Counted from the first letter of the stretch, positions 33,891 to 46,436 are shown. The stretch: 64,000 bases of DNA from Eutreptiella sp. 'Long Island Sound 2002' (GCA_964036045.1 OZ038378.1:22568001-22632000), one strand, 5' to 3'. Program-made: numbers and translations. Notes: generated by a model from the sequence alone, not told the origin.

Positions 33891-35571
33891 GTATGGCAGG
33901 CTTTGGAGCATCCCTACTGCTTGTGATGCACGCATTTGTTGGAAGCTGCAGCTCAGGTTTCCTTTCAAGTGCCTTTGCCGGACTTGGGTGTGTGGGAGGG
34001 AGGGTGTAGTGTGTGCGTTGGGTGTGTGTGTGCCAGTGTGTGTGTGTCTGTGTGTGTGTGTGTGTTTGTGCATGGGTATTTTGGGGAGGGTGTGGTGCAT
34101 GGGTGGGGTGTGTGTGTGTGTGTGTGTGTGTGTGTAAGCTAGCACCCCCTCCTTTTCCCAGCATCCTTGCTGTCTCTACAATCCTATATAGCTGAGTTGC
34201 CATTTCCATGAAGTTTATGGCGGGCAGCCCACACAATAACCATTGGCACGCAGGCCCAGCAGAGTCGTCAAGTGCCATCCGGGTGCTGAGGTTCCATTCC
34301 CGTGAAGTCCATGGCAGGCAGCATACTATGGCAAGCCCAGCATGGCGTTGTGATGACAGGAAAATCATGCATTTACAGCATGTATTCTAATGTATGGTGT
34401 GGTGCTGCAGTATTATTGTGTGTGTGCATGTGTGTGCAGCTCTGGGTCGACTGATGCCGGATGTGCGTGGTGGTCCAACCCATGAGGATGTCAGTGATTT
34501 GTGAAGGACTGGACCCTTACACAGAGAGCGAGTGTGTGTATGGGTGCGTGCGTGCGTGCCACTTGTGTGTACACCAGCCACAGGAAACACCGTGGTGTGA
34601 CGTCTCACTGACATTACTGATTTCCACAAAAGTATGGCTGCTGAATCAAGGGCCCAGCCACACAGTGAAGTCACATCCATAAACAGCACAAGCCGTCAAA
34701 CTGTAGCAGTAACACCATTGACAGCAGATGCCATCACCAAATGCATGCCCAGCAAAAAAAGGAGGGAACCTGCAACCACCCACATCCACATCACACACAA
34801 ATCCTGTGCACACCCACACACCCACATCAACATACATGGTACATGCATCCTTTGGGGTGGTACGAGTGGACAAAGGCAAGGCTTAATGTGTAGCAGTGCA
34901 AATCCTTAAAAACACTGAACAAATTGCGCACAAAAATTTGGCACAGAATTTGTTAAACAGAAATTCCCCCCCGTATTTTATCCCCCAAACGAGCATGTAC
35001 ATGTACCATGCATGCACATGCCCAAACGAGCGGCAGGTCACAGTTGGTGCCACCAACCCTTACTTTCCCCCTTCATGGTACTCCACAGGTGCCCCATCAA
35101 GAGAGATGATGACAAGGCTTTGTGACAGCTGTGAGGGCAGGTGGCAATCTTTTCTTTCACTACTCCAGGTACTGATCCAGAGAGATAATTTGGTGTCCCC
35201 AAGTTGCAGCCAGCCCTGAGCACGCTTCACTGTTTGATTTCATGGCATGTATCATGCATAATGGGTTACTGTGTGTGTGCACACGCGCGTGTGTTCCTGC
35301 TGTGCGCCTTGCTCCTGTTGTGTGTGTATGTGTATGTTTGTGTGGGGGGTGTATGTGGGTGCACGTGGTTGTGAGTCTGTGGCTGTTGGTGTGCTTTCGT
35401 GGGCGGGTGGGGTGGCTGTGGGCTGTGCGTGTATACAGGTATGTGTGGGTGTGGGTGTACGTGTGTCTGTACGGGTGTCACACAGGCAATGAGCCTCTTT
35501 GGCCCTGTGTGTAGTGTGCTGCTCCTGCCACCTGGTCCTCTTTTGGGCACAAAGCCGTCTGGATTCTGCAG

Positions 35572-35688
35572 GGCGCAAGTGCAGAGCCTCAAGAAGAATT
35601 TGGAGCGGGAGACTTTAGCAAAGGAGATGGAGAGGGAGAAGGGGATTGCGAGGGCTGTGCCATACGAAGCAGAGGCGGCTGATCTCAG
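35572..35688 (+). CDS. Host gene symmetric exon (AQVQSLKKNLERE...PYEAEAADL)
   Basis: tctgcAG / gatctcag|GT, 117 nt, phase 2-2. Confidence 0.85.
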
Positions 35689-35901
35689 GTGCGGATGGGG
35701 GTCAGGCCATGGCAAACGGCGGCCGGGCCGTGGGGATGGGGGTGGTTGTGGTGGGACCTCCAGTGGAAAGCGTGCCATGCAGTTTCGTCCCCTTAGTCAA
35801 CTCCCGCTCGGCTGCTGGGGCACAAAGCAGCCACCCTGTGCACGAGCGTTCTGTGGTTGGGGGGCAAACGGGGGCTGCACGGGTTCATGTTTTTTGTGTA
35901 G

Positions 35902-36018
35902 GGCCAAAGTGGAGCAGCTGCAGACGGAATTGGACAGGGAGCGCCGTGGGAAGGAGATTGAAAGGGAGCAGGCAATGGCAAAGACCATTCCGAACGAGGC
36001 AGAGGCAGCTGAACTCAA
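35902..36018 (+). CDS. Host gene symmetric exon (AKVEQLQTELDRE...PNEAEAAEL)
   Basis: tgtgtAG / gaactcaa|GTatgg, 117 nt, phase 2-2. Confidence 0.85.
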
Positions 36019-36497
36019 GTATGGATCCGATTTTCAGGCAATGCTGCCGCCACCATTGCGTCATTCGTTCAGGAGCTGTTGCTCAGTGCCTTTGTTGGCA
36101 GCACTCTTCTGGCGCTCTCACTGTTGAGGTCTCAGCAGATGGTGACCAATGTGGCACAGTGTCAGTGTCCTCTGCTTTCACTAACTGATGGCCCCAACCC
36201 CAGCCCCTTCACGCCCCATTTATTTCACAGTCTCATTCTTCAGAGTCAGGTGTAACCTACAGGGTGATGCTGGTGCGTGAAGCACTTCTCCTTTCAGGCA
36301 ATCGCTTGCAACAGTCTGCAGCACGACCTGCAACTCATGTGCAAGCAACAGAGCTGATTTTGTTCCCCTTAAGCGTTCGTTATTTTTTCCATACGGTCCA
36401 GAATTGCAGTGCACATCCTCCAAGCCAACAGCCCGGGCGCATCTGCTGAGGCCCTAGTGCATCAATGACATTTTTGCGCTGTGCCCACTGTGTGGGT

Positions 36498-36504
<7 letters not shown>

Positions 36505-36559
<55 letters not shown>
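36505..36559. repeat. (CT)n microsatellite
   Basis: Directly visible. Confidence 0.95.
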
Positions 36560-36565
<6 letters not shown>

Positions 36566-36861
36566 GCTCATTCTCCCTGTATGTCTCTGTCTCGGCCTCT
36601 GCTATGTGGGTGTGGGTGTTGGTGTGGATGTCACCTGGCATTGGAGCCGGGCGAAGTCGAAGACCACCCTTGGCTTGTACCAGCGATCAATCAGCGGCTG
36701 GATTGAGCAGTCCAACGGGTGCGCACCCTCGGCGTCGGATTTGGAGAGCCTGTTTGGGCAACAGTTGCACTCAGCACCTAACAAAGCAGCCACCCTGTGC
36801 ACGAGCGTTCTGTGGTTGGGGGGCAAACAGGGGCTGCATGGGTTCATGTTTTTTTGTGTAG

Positions 36862-36978
36862 GGCCAAATTGGAGCAGCTGCAGACGGAATTGGACAGGGA
36901 GCGCCGTGAGAAGGAGATTGAAAGGGAGCAGGCAATGGCAAAGACCATTCCGTACGAGGCAGAGGCAGCTGAACTCAA
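36862..36978 (+). CDS. Host gene symmetric exon, recent duplicate of 35902-36018
   Basis: The exon and flanking intron (~35822-36055 vs ~36782-37015) are nearly identical. 117 nt, phase 2-2. Confidence 0.85.
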
Positions 36979-37712
36979 GTATGGATCCGATTTTCAGGCA
37001 ATGCTGCCGCCACCGATGTGCTCTGCAGTTCTGATTTGTGTCTAAGAAAGTAACGAGGGTTTGAGTGGTCCGCGGTGGTGAACCAAATCAGCGAGAGGTC
37101 TAGACAGAGACACACAACGGCACACACAGAGAGAGAGAGGGAGAGGGAGAGAGCATGCAAACAGCGGGCACATCGCAGAGATATCACTAATGCACTCGTG
37201 CCTCAGCAGATGCCGGTGGATTAATGGGTTGGATGATGTAGTGCGTCATTTGTTTAGAAGCTGTTGCTCACTGCCTTTGTTGGCAAAGCATGTCGGGTTT
37301 TCACTTCCGGGGGGGGAGGGGGGGGGGCAATAGAGCCCCCAAAAACGGGGGGGGGGGCGTTGGGAAAAGGCCTCAATTGACAGACACCATTCTCACTAAT
37401 GAAAAGGTTAGGATCCATGTTTTTCAGGAGTTTCTTTCCCAAAAATTTTGTCCCCTTTGCAGCCACCCTTGCTCATGTGCCTCTCTGCCCATGCGCTGGA
37501 GGTGGATGGCAGGCACCCACCCTTGCTCACGTGCCTCTCTGCCCATGCGCTAGAGCGTGGATGGGAGGCACCCACCCTTACTCACGTGCCTCTTTGCCCA
37601 TGTGTGGCCCCTCGATTTGGGGATACGGACTCCCACGCTTTGGCGTGGACCCTCGAGTTGGGGATACGGACTCCCACGCTTTTGCAAAACACGAGCCACA
37701 TAGAAGGCACTC

Positions 37713-39079
37713 TTGAGCCGGGCTGTGTTGTTGCCTACTGACAACGACCTCCCCCCGAAAGATGCATCGGACACGCGCTGGCGACATTTCCAAACTATTC
37801 TCATTGCCTCAATTGGTGGGGCACAATACGCAAAGCAACACTTTCGCAGTTTTGTGTCTCACCCAGGTGTGGAGGAATCTGACACATACGATCATGAGTT
37901 CCGTCTCATGTGTAGAGTGGCACTGGATGGGAAGTAGGCGGACATTCCTCTGGAAACACGGTCCCGCATTGTTTGTGCACTGCGGTACAAGCAGTATCAT
38001 GCCTGCACTGATGGGCAATATGACTTTCGGCTCCGCGGGAATGGTTGTCTGGCGAAGATGGGGCAGCGGAGGTTGTGCAAGCCAGAGGACTACCCCTACC
38101 CGCCCACATTCAAGTGTTGCAGTGAGTTGCAATTGCAAGGCGTTCCCGGGTTTTTGGATGACCCTGTTGTGCAACCCGGTGGTGAGTTCATGAGTGCCGA
38201 ACAGTTGTTGAGAAAAAAATGTGCTGAGGACTTGTAGGTTGTGAAGGTTGCTCCCCTTTCTGTGTTGTGCAAGAGGTTGTGGAAAAAGACCAACCATCGT
38301 GAAATGAGGGACATCCGTGCGGTTGCCCTTGCTGCCTTTGGCACTATTGATGCGAAACATGTTGAGGCTGTTCAAAAGTGGTTCTCACCGCCGTTTGCAA
38401 CAATTCGCGAAGGCCAAGGAGCATCTCAAACGGCGGTGTGGCATGGTTACGCCTAGTGTGAAGGGTGAACCTCCGGCAAGCACGTGGTTGTTTGGGGATG
38501 AATGGGCAATGCACAGTAGCAAATTTGAAACGGTTGCTCACCTATTTGGACCTTTGCTGCCCTGGCCCTCAGGCGGAACTCATGCAGCGGGTATGTAACC
38601 ATGCGGATTCCCTTCGATCTTACATGGGTTTGCCTGCCGATACTGCATCTGTCCCTGAGGAATCCATGGCTGAGGAAAATGAAGATGAGGACGACGACAT
38701 TGTTTGTGTTCACTGCATCAGTGGTGATGCATCTGATGGGAATGGCATTCTTATTTGTGAGGGTGCACATTCTGCCACGGTCGGTTGGCACCAGTTGTGC
38801 CTGACACCTCCTCTCAAGGAGATTCCTACGGGTTGCTGGTTGTGTCCTGAGTGTGTCTCTGCACAGGTTGGACCATGTAGCCGCTTGGCACATCCTGACT
38901 ATGCACCATCAACGGGTGCATCCTTGAGCTCGAGCTCTTCTAGCTCCACCTCTGCCTCCACCTCTGACTCAAGCTCCGACTCTAACTCTGGCTCTGACTC
39001 TGACTCTGACTCTGATTCCGACTGCGACACTGTCACTGACTCTGATTGTGACTCTGCTAGCGACTCTGAGTCTGACTAG
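37713..39079 (+). pseudogene. Decayed ORF ending in a SAP-like motif, a PHD finger and a Ser/Asp tail; probable DNA-transposon relic
   Basis: One frame 37713-38456 broken by TAG stops, then a frameshift into TVANLKRLLTYLDL..G.QAELMQRV (SAP-like) and CVHC..LICEG..GWHQLCLTPPLKEIPTGCWLCPEC (PHD, 38705-38854). Confidence 0.65.
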
Positions 39080-39636
39080 CGACTCTGAGTCTGACTAGCT
39101 CATGTGGTTCTAATAGGAGGCCATGGTGGGGCGCTACATACATGTAGCCGGAATTAATTGGGGGCCTTGTGTCCTTAAACACAAGTACCACCGCCATTGG
39201 AACCATGGACGTCCACGGGTCGGCTTTGGGGATATTTTGGGGGTCCCGTCAATTGAGCCCCTTTTGGGGGCGAGGTCCGGCCGGAGGGCTCTATCCCCCC
39301 CCCCCCCCCCCGAAACGAAAACCCGGCCTCCCCAGCACTATTCTGACGCTCTCACTGTTGAGGAGTCAACAGATGGTGACCATTATGGCACAGTGTCAGC
39401 GTCCTCTGCTTTCACCAACTGCTTTCACGGCCCATTTATTTCGGAGTCCTTTGGAGTCAGATGTAACCCACAGGGTCATACCTGTGCTTGTGGCACAGTG
39501 CTTATCCTTTCACTGCAATCGCTGGCAACAGTCTGCAGCACGACGTGCAATTCATGAAGCAACAGTGCCATGCGCAGGGCGTTGTCGGGTGTCTGCATTG
39601 TGTGTGTGTTTGTGTGCCTGTGTGTGTGTGTGTGTG

Positions 39637-39669
<33 letters not shown>

Positions 39670-39881
39670 GCACGGGCTGTCTTTCGCCTTGGGGGCTTCC
39701 TTTGAACCAGTTGGTGCATACTGCGCACAGCCCTATATGTCAGTCGCGTTGCGCACAGCTCTGCATGATAGTGCTAAGTTCACTGCTATGCTCAACACAC
39801 GTGGATCACCCTATCACCCCCCCCCCCCAACCACCACCTTTCCGATCTAGGCCCATACCAATATGCACTCATTGTGTGCAG

Positions 39882-40061
39882 GGCGATGCTGAAGAAGCTG
39901 AAGCGAGATGCAGAGAGACAGAGGGAAGAGATGGAGCTGGAGTTGGAAAGGGAGAGGGCAAATGCGGAAAAGGACAGAGCAAATGCGGACAGGGACAGGG
40001 CAAATGTGGACAGGGACAGGGCAAATGCAATGACATATGCAACAGAGGCAGCAGATCTCAG
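39882..40061 (+). CDS. Host gene symmetric exon (AMLKKLKRDAERQREE...YATEAADL)
   Basis: gtgtgcAG / gatctcag|GTatga, 180 nt, phase 2-2, with an internal 21-nt repeat (RANADRD). Confidence 0.85.
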
Positions 40062-40568
40062 GTATGATTTGGCACATTGCGGCTGTGAGACGTGTTGCTG
40101 AGCCTCAGCCCTGCCCCAAACGGAGACGACAAAGCAAGAGAATGATTCCTCCTCATTGATCTAAAAGTACCGTGTATATTGTAATCCGTGTAATTTTTTT
40201 TTGCGGTAAATGCATGTAACAAAAAAATCGTCTGGTCGTGTATTTTTTTTTTGCGGTAAGTCGTGTAAGCCCGTCACACACATTTACCGCAAAAAAAAAT
40301 TACACAACATGACGATTTTTTTTGTTACACGCATTTACCGCAAAAAAAAAATTACATGACTTACCGCAAAAAAAAATACACGACGTGACAATTTTTTTGT
40401 TACACGCATTTACCGCAAAAAAAAAAATTACACGACTTACCGCAAAAAAAAATTACACAATGTGACAATTTTTTCCTACACGCGTTTACCGCAAAAATAA
40501 AAAAATTACACGACCTTACCACAAAGAAAGAATTACCAATTTTAATAAAAATGCATGCCTGTAGGCAA

Positions 40569-42180
40569 TGTGCCCACCTCTGGGCCACCTCTGATTCTGC
40601 CCCTCGCTCTGAAGCGGTGGGGACCCCCTAGGCGGCAGGGGTAATGTAGCCACCCTGCCCACTTGTGGGCCACTTCTGATTCTGCCCCCCGCTCTGAAGC
40701 GGTGGGGACCCCCCAGGCGGCAGGGGTTATGTAGCCACCTTGCCCGCAAGTGGGCCACTTCTCATTCTGCCCCCCGCTCTGAAGCGATGGGGACTCCCCA
40801 AGCGGCAGGGGTAATGTAGCCACCTTGCCCACTTGTGGGCCACTTCTCATTCTGCCCCCCGCTCTGAAGCAGTGGGGACCCCTAGGCGGCAGGGGTTATG
40901 TAGCCACCTTGCCCACTTGTGGGACACTTCTGATTATGCCCCCCGCTCTGAAGCGGTGGGGACCCCCCAGGCAGCAGGGGTTATGTAGCCACCTTGCCAC
41001 TTGTGGGCCACTTTTAATTATGCCCCCCGCTCTGAAGCGATGGGGACCCCCTAGGCGGCAGGGGTTATGTAGCCACCTTGCCCACTTGTGGGCCACTTCT
41101 AACTATGCCCCCCGCTCTGAAGCGGTGGGGACCCCCCAGGCGGCAGGGGTTATGTAGCCACCTTGCCCACTTGTGGGACACTTCTGATTATGCCCCCCGC
41201 TCTGAAGCGGTGGGGACCCCCCAGGCGGCAGGGGTTATGTAGCCACCTTGCCCACAAGTGGGCCACTTCTAATTCTGCCCCCCCGCTCTGAAGCAGTGGG
41301 GACCCCCCAGGCGGCAGGGGTAATGTAGCCACCTTGCCCACTTGTGGGGCACTTCTAATTATGCCCCCCGCTCTGAAGCAGTGGGGACCCCCCAGGCGGC
41401 AGGGGTTATGTAGCCACCTTGCCCACAAGTGGGCCACTTTTGATTATGCCCCCCACTCTGAAGCGGTGGGGACCCCCCTAGGCGGCAGGGGTTATGTAGC
41501 CACCTTGCCCACAAGTGGGCCACTTCTCATTCTGCCCCCAGCTCTGAAGCGGTGGGGACCCCCCAGGCGGCAGGGGTTATGTAGCCACCTTGCCCACTTG
41601 TGGGCCACTTCTAATTATGCCCCCCGCTCTCAAGCGGTGGGGATCCCCCAGGCGGCAGGGGTTATGTAGCCACCTTGCCCACAAGTGGGCCACTTCTAAT
41701 TATGCCCCCCGCTCTGAAGCGGTGGGGACCGCCCAGGCGGCAGGGGTTATGTAGCCACCTTGCCCACTTGTGGGCCACTTCTAACTATGCCCCCCGCTCT
41801 GAAGCGGTGGGGACCCCCCTAGGCGGCAGGGGTTATGTAGCCACCTTGCCCACTTGTGGGCCACTTCTAACTATGCCCCCCGCTCTGAAGCGGTGGGGAC
41901 CCCCCCAGGCGGCAGGGGTTATGTAGCCACCTTGCCCACAAGTGGGCCACTTCTCATTCTGCCCCCAGCTCTGAAGCGGTGGGGACCCCCCAGGCGGCAG
42001 GGGTTATGTAGCCACCTTGCCCACTTGTGGGACACTTCTGATTCTGCCCCCCACTGTGAAGCGGTGGGGACCCCCCAGGCGGCAGGGGTAATGTAGCCAC
42101 CTTGCCCACAAGTGGGCCACTTTTGATTATGCCCCCCACTCTGAAGCGGTGGGGACCCCCAGGCGGCAGGGGTTATGTAG
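40569..42180 (+). repeat. Tandem array, ~19 x 85 bp
   Basis: tgtagc recurs at 40645, 40730, 40815 ... 42176 (period 84-86). Each unit holds a gccca-N4-tgggc hairpin. Confidence 0.97.
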
Positions 42181-44087
42181 AGGAAGGGACCTCGATTACG
42201 TGGGAGGTATTTGTAGCCTTTCTCCGCATCCACTGCGTGACAGCGGATGGTTGTACTTGTGCAAACTATTGCACGTTCGCGATGTGTGAGGGTGTGTTGC
42301 TGTGGCTCCTCGTAAAAGAACCGAATTTTAAGGTACCCTCTCAATACTCTTGGGAGATTGTTGCCCAACGCCCTTTTAAGTTGGGCCGTATTCAGCGCAA
42401 GGTGACTGCACGTGCGGAGCAATCAACAAAGGTTCGCACCCGCCAGTCCGAAAAACTTGCATCCCAAAAGAAAATGGCACTTACAAAACGCCGCAGGAAG
42501 GTGGTGGCCGGTAGTGATACCGATAGCGACGCTAATGTCTCCACGCTTGCTCTGAACGTACCCAGTGCCGATGAGTCTACGTCTACTACTGTTGCTGCAC
42601 CCATGGAGGTGCATCGGAGAACTTGGCATTGCCTTAATCTCTTTCGGCCACCTTATGTGTGTGGCCAATGTCACAAGACCGTGTACCTCTGGTGCATGCA
42701 TTGTGAGGGGTATGGCTTTTGCCTACACACTTTGGAGTGTCCAGTTCGTGGAAGGGCCCACCCCAAAACGGACAAGTGGCTCTTTCAAAAGTGGTGTCAG
42801 GAGGTATACGTTGAGGAGGTTTTGACTGCCACCCTCCCCAACGAGCCCGTGTCCGGTGACGAGGAGGTGGACGTCCTTTCTAATCCTCTATTGGCCTCTC
42901 CCCCAGGTAATGTGGTGAAGAAAAAAGAGGTCCAGTCATCTAATTCAGAGATGGACCTCTTTGCGCCTCCCCCTACGGCCCTTGTGCCAAAGAAGAAGGC
43001 GAAGGGAAAGAAGGCCTTGCCCAGGGCACCCCCTGTCGACCCTCCCACTCCCCAAAGGCGTACTCGGAGCACCATCCCGAGCGAAACAACCCCTTTGGGG
43101 GTGGGAGATTGGTTGACCGACAAGGATATCGTGTGTTGGTTGAACCAAGAGGTCTGCCACAATGAAATCGATGAACCACGTGTGTGGACTCTAGCGCTTC
43201 TATATATCAAGAGACTCTCCAAGTACATGCAGAGAGTTGAATCCGGCGAAAGAATGGCCAACATGAGGTGGTGCCGCCGCCACATTTGTGTGGTTAATTC
43301 CAATGACAAGGAGGGGTTGCACTGGTTTGTGTGTGCCTTCGATTGTTGTGTCCGGTTGGAGCTTTTCACTAATTGGGTTTGGGAACCCCTAAGCTCCAGT
43401 GATTTGATCCGTCCTTTCTTGTCGGCCTTGAAGAAGTCTTCGCGAACCACCAAGCACCGCGCCTTGGGATTCCAAACGGACGGTTGGTCTTGTGGTTTTC
43501 AAAGCTTGAACATCGCAAAGCTGGTGGTGGAGCACCGGGGTACTTTTTCTGGTGTGCCCCTCGTCCCAATGGGTGCCGGTTTTGTGGACTACGTGCTCAG
43601 CATTGTTAATGCTGATCGTGCTGTGCGGGTCGTTCAAGCACCCGGTGAAGATTTGGAGGGCGTGACCGAGCTTTCTGGTCCTCCTAAGTTCCCCCCCAGC
43701 ACCCAAGTTGAAGGTGCACTTTCGGCTAAGGAGGAGAGTGTTCAGGCCACCCCCACCCCACTCGAAGGCAAGGAGGCCTCCGCCGAGCAGAGCGCGGAGC
43801 ACCCGGAGGCCAGGCTGCAACCTTCCATGGCCACTCCCACAGAGGAGGAGGACACCCGTCCCAAGGTCCTCATCTGTGGAGATTGGCGCAAGGTGCCGGA
43901 TGGCTACCCAGCAGATGCATCTGGCCAGCTGGAGCGTGACCAGCTTTTCATCGATGACCTGTCCAAGCAGCTAGTGGCAGAGTTGCGCGCCGCTTGTCAG
44001 TTTAACCCCAATCCTGGTGCAAAGCCCAAGTCCGGTGACACAAAAACGGACTTGATCTACAAGCGTGCATTCTGCAACTACTTGTAG
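42180..44087 (+). CDS. 5'-truncated ORF: SWIM-like CxC..C, Cys-rich finger, Ulp1/C48 SUMO-type protease, SAP-like C-terminus
   Basis: CTCANYCTFAMC; CGQC..WCMHC..FCLH..C; WLTDKDI..HWF..WEPL..QTDGWSCG (His, acid, Gln/Cys of the C48 fold); LVAELRAAC..G.TKTDLI. The ORF-track start at 42102 lies inside the array. Confidence 0.75.
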   Translation, partial: EEGTSITWEVFVAFLRIHCVTADGCTCANYCTFAMCEGVLLWLLVKEPNFKVPSQYSWEIVAQRPFKLGRIQRKVTARAEQSTKVRTRQSEKLASQKKMALTKRRRKVVAGSDTDSDANVSTLALNVPSADESTSTTVAAPMEVHRRTWHCLNLFRPPYVCGQCHKTVYLWCMHCEGYGFCLHTLECPVRGRAHPKTDKWLFQKWCQEVYVEEVLTATLPNEPVSGDEEVDVLSNPLLASPPGNVVKKKEVQSSNSEMDLFAPPPTALVPKKKAKGKKALPRAPPVDPPTPQRRTRSTIPSETTPLGVGDWLTDKDIVCWLNQEVCHNEIDEPRVWTLALLYIKRLSKYMQRVESGERMANMRWCRRHICVVNSNDKEGLHWFVCAFDCCVRLELFTNWVWEPLSSSDLIRPFLSALKKSSRTTKHRALGFQTDGWSCGFQSLNIAKLVVEHRGTFSGVPLVPMGAGFVDYVLSIVNADRAVRVVQAPGEDLEGVTELSGPPKFPPSTQVEGALSAKEESVQATPTPLEGKEASAEQSAEHPEARLQPSMATPTEEEDTRPKVLICGDWRKVPDGYPADASGQLERDQLFIDDLSKQLVAELRAACQFNPNPGAKPKSGDTKTDLIYKRAFCNYL

Positions 44088-45581
44088 CGGGTGCATGTTT
44101 TGTAGGCTGTATTTTCCTCCGCCGTTTGGTGTACCAATGGTGGAGCGTATAAGATTGCTATCATATTGGCCCCATGCCAGTGCCTTGGTGGCCTATAATG
44201 GTGGCACTAGCGTTGGCCATGGCCCTGTCAGGACTCTTTTTCTTGAGCCTGATTTTGTTCCCAGTGCAGGCACACTGGATGTTGGCCATGGCCCTGTCAG
44301 GACTCTTTTCTTGGGCCTGATTTTGAGTCTAGTGCCAATGACAACATGTGAAACTATGTTATATTGGCCGAGTCCCAACTAATTGGTGGCCACGCAGAGT
44401 ACTATGTGCTTTGTGGACTCGGCGTCCCATCGTTAAGGTCGCTATGGGGTGCCGTACGGAACCGGCAGCTGTACATATTGCGCATGTATTGCAAAGGTTG
44501 CATTTCTTTCAATTTTTCAATTTTTTTTTAATAATTTACACGATTTACCGCAAAAAAAAATTACGCCCTTACCGCAAAAATTTAAAAAAAATTCAATTTT
44601 TTTTTATAATTCACACGACTTGCCGCAAGAAAAAAAATTACACGCATTTACCGCAAAAAGAAATTACACGACTAGACGATTTTTTTGTACACGACTTACA
44701 TTTTTCACAAAAGTACCACGCTACTGTGTGGATAGGGCGCGCATGGACAGGGGTAGACGTGCACACCCGAACAGTAGTACCCCTCTCCCCTTATCAAACA
44801 ATGGATAGAAGTTAGAAGCCCCCAAAGACCAACCCCAGCAAACCCAATATTGGAACACTAGATCTTGGATTCTGCTGCATTGCACCAGTCTCACACGGTT
44901 TTATGGCCTGACTTGAAGAAAGCAGTCAGTCTCGTTTGTTTCTTGATAAATAAAACATTATAGAGGCGTGTTTGCTGTGCTTGTCGCTGTCGTTTTCACC
45001 CAGTGCCTTCTGGTCGTTGGTGTGGTTTGGCAGTGTCCTCGATGTCTTCGGCCCCGCTGTCAACGTCAATGTCATCAATATTCCCTGAACAGTCATCAGC
45101 AGCTCCACCCGTAGTTGAATCAGAAGATGCATCAGATAGGCCTTTGCACAGTGGGTGTAATGTGCCTATGGGATGCATCTGCACAGGGGATGCCTCTGCA
45201 CACGTGCTCACACGTGTGCATGCATCTCATGTGCACAGGAGCTCCTTGGAAAGGGTCTGATGGTGTGCAGCACGTATCAACACTCGCCACCGCAGCAGCA
45301 GTTGCAGTTCCCGCAGCCCAGACACCACGAGCCACCACCCCGCCACAAATCTGGCAGTCAACCCCCCCCCCCCCCAAATCTGTCTGTCGCCCGGCAATCA
45401 CATTGCTGCTGTCGTTTCGGTCGTTTCCGGATGCAAGTGTGCCCCTTGCTGGTCAGCCAGTGTAATCATCAGTTTCGGGGGTTTCTGTACGCAAAATGCT
45501 CACAGTTCTTTAGCCTCCGGACCTCATTTGGGTTGCCTTTGATGCCGCTGAAACTGTGGCGGCATGGGCTCATTTCTGCAG

Positions 45582-45698
45582 GGGACAAGTGGAGCAGCTG
45601 CAGCTGGACCTTGAGAGGGAGCGTCATGAGAAGGAGAGGGAGAGGCAGCAGGCATTGGCAAGGAGCATGCCATATGAGGCAGAGGCAGCTGATCTCAG
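45582..45698 (+). CDS. Host gene symmetric exon (GQVEQLQLDLERE...PYEAEAADL)
   Basis: ttctgcAG / gatctcag|GT, 117 nt, phase 2-2. Confidence 0.85.
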
Positions 45699-46436
45699 GT
45701 TTGGTTTCGGCTTGTGGCGCTGGAACTGCCTCCGACAACGTGCCCAATGCGTGTGTGGGCTGTGGTTCAGCTGCTATTGATGACGTTGCTGCATGGGGGT
45801 CACCACAGTGGGTGGGTGGCAAATGGCTGCATAGCCCTTGCCGTATGGTGGGTCCGCAACGTGGGGAGGCGGCAAAAGGTTGCACAACCCCCGCTGCACA
45901 GGAGTAAATGTAGCGGGGAGGTGATGCTATGGGGACCCTCAATGTGGCATGGGTTGTGTATCCATTTGTGACCTTCCTGCTGTGGGAACCCCCGATACGG
46001 GGTCGCCGGACTTGGAAAAGTCCGTTCTTGCGTGCAACCCGTCGTATGACAAAGAAGGGCCTGAAACATGCAGAATGTTTGACCTATGGACCTCTTTCCC
46101 TCTACAAACCGCACACAACCGCGTCAGTCACGTTCTTGACCGCAAAAACTGTGGTCAGAAAAACGGCAGTATGACGCGGTCATGGTACTTAGACAAGGCC
46201 GGTCTTGCGCAAAGGGGGGTATACCAGGCGTTGAGATGGGAATCCATACAACACCGGTGCCGCATCGGAGTCCGGAGGGGGCAAATGTTTGCATAACCCA
46301 TGCCGTCATACCATTGTGTTCCTGATTTCGCCCGTGTTTCCAGAAGGGGGTTTTGTACGTTCATGGGGAGTTTTCGTGGTCGTGGTCCCCTTTCACTGGC
46401 AAATGAGGTGCTCTGATCCCTGATTTCGGTTTCCAG

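Larger units (their letters stand above)
40167..44715 (+). mobile_element. DNA transposon derivative (Zisupton/MULE-like cargo) with A-rich subterminal repeats, an 85-bp array and a SWIM-like/Ulp1/SAP ORF
   Basis: ttaccgcaaaaaaaaattacacgac-type repeats at 40170-40530 and 44520-44710; 40221-40260 is inverted relative to ~44645-44690. Exact termini and TSD are not resolved. Confidence 0.65.

Noticed and set aside
40569-42180. Regular palindromic repeats resembling a CRISPR array
   Set aside because: The units are contiguous 85-bp near-copies with no unique spacers. The context is eukaryotic and there are no cas genes.
5615-44087. Possible TAG-to-Gln reassignment, since most in-frame interruptions (5615, 20820, 37935, shared TAGs in the transposase copies) are TAG
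   Set aside because: The 1709-, 984-, 761- and 661-aa ORFs are Gln-rich yet have no internal TAG. CAG/TGG-to-TAG mutation explains the pattern more simply.
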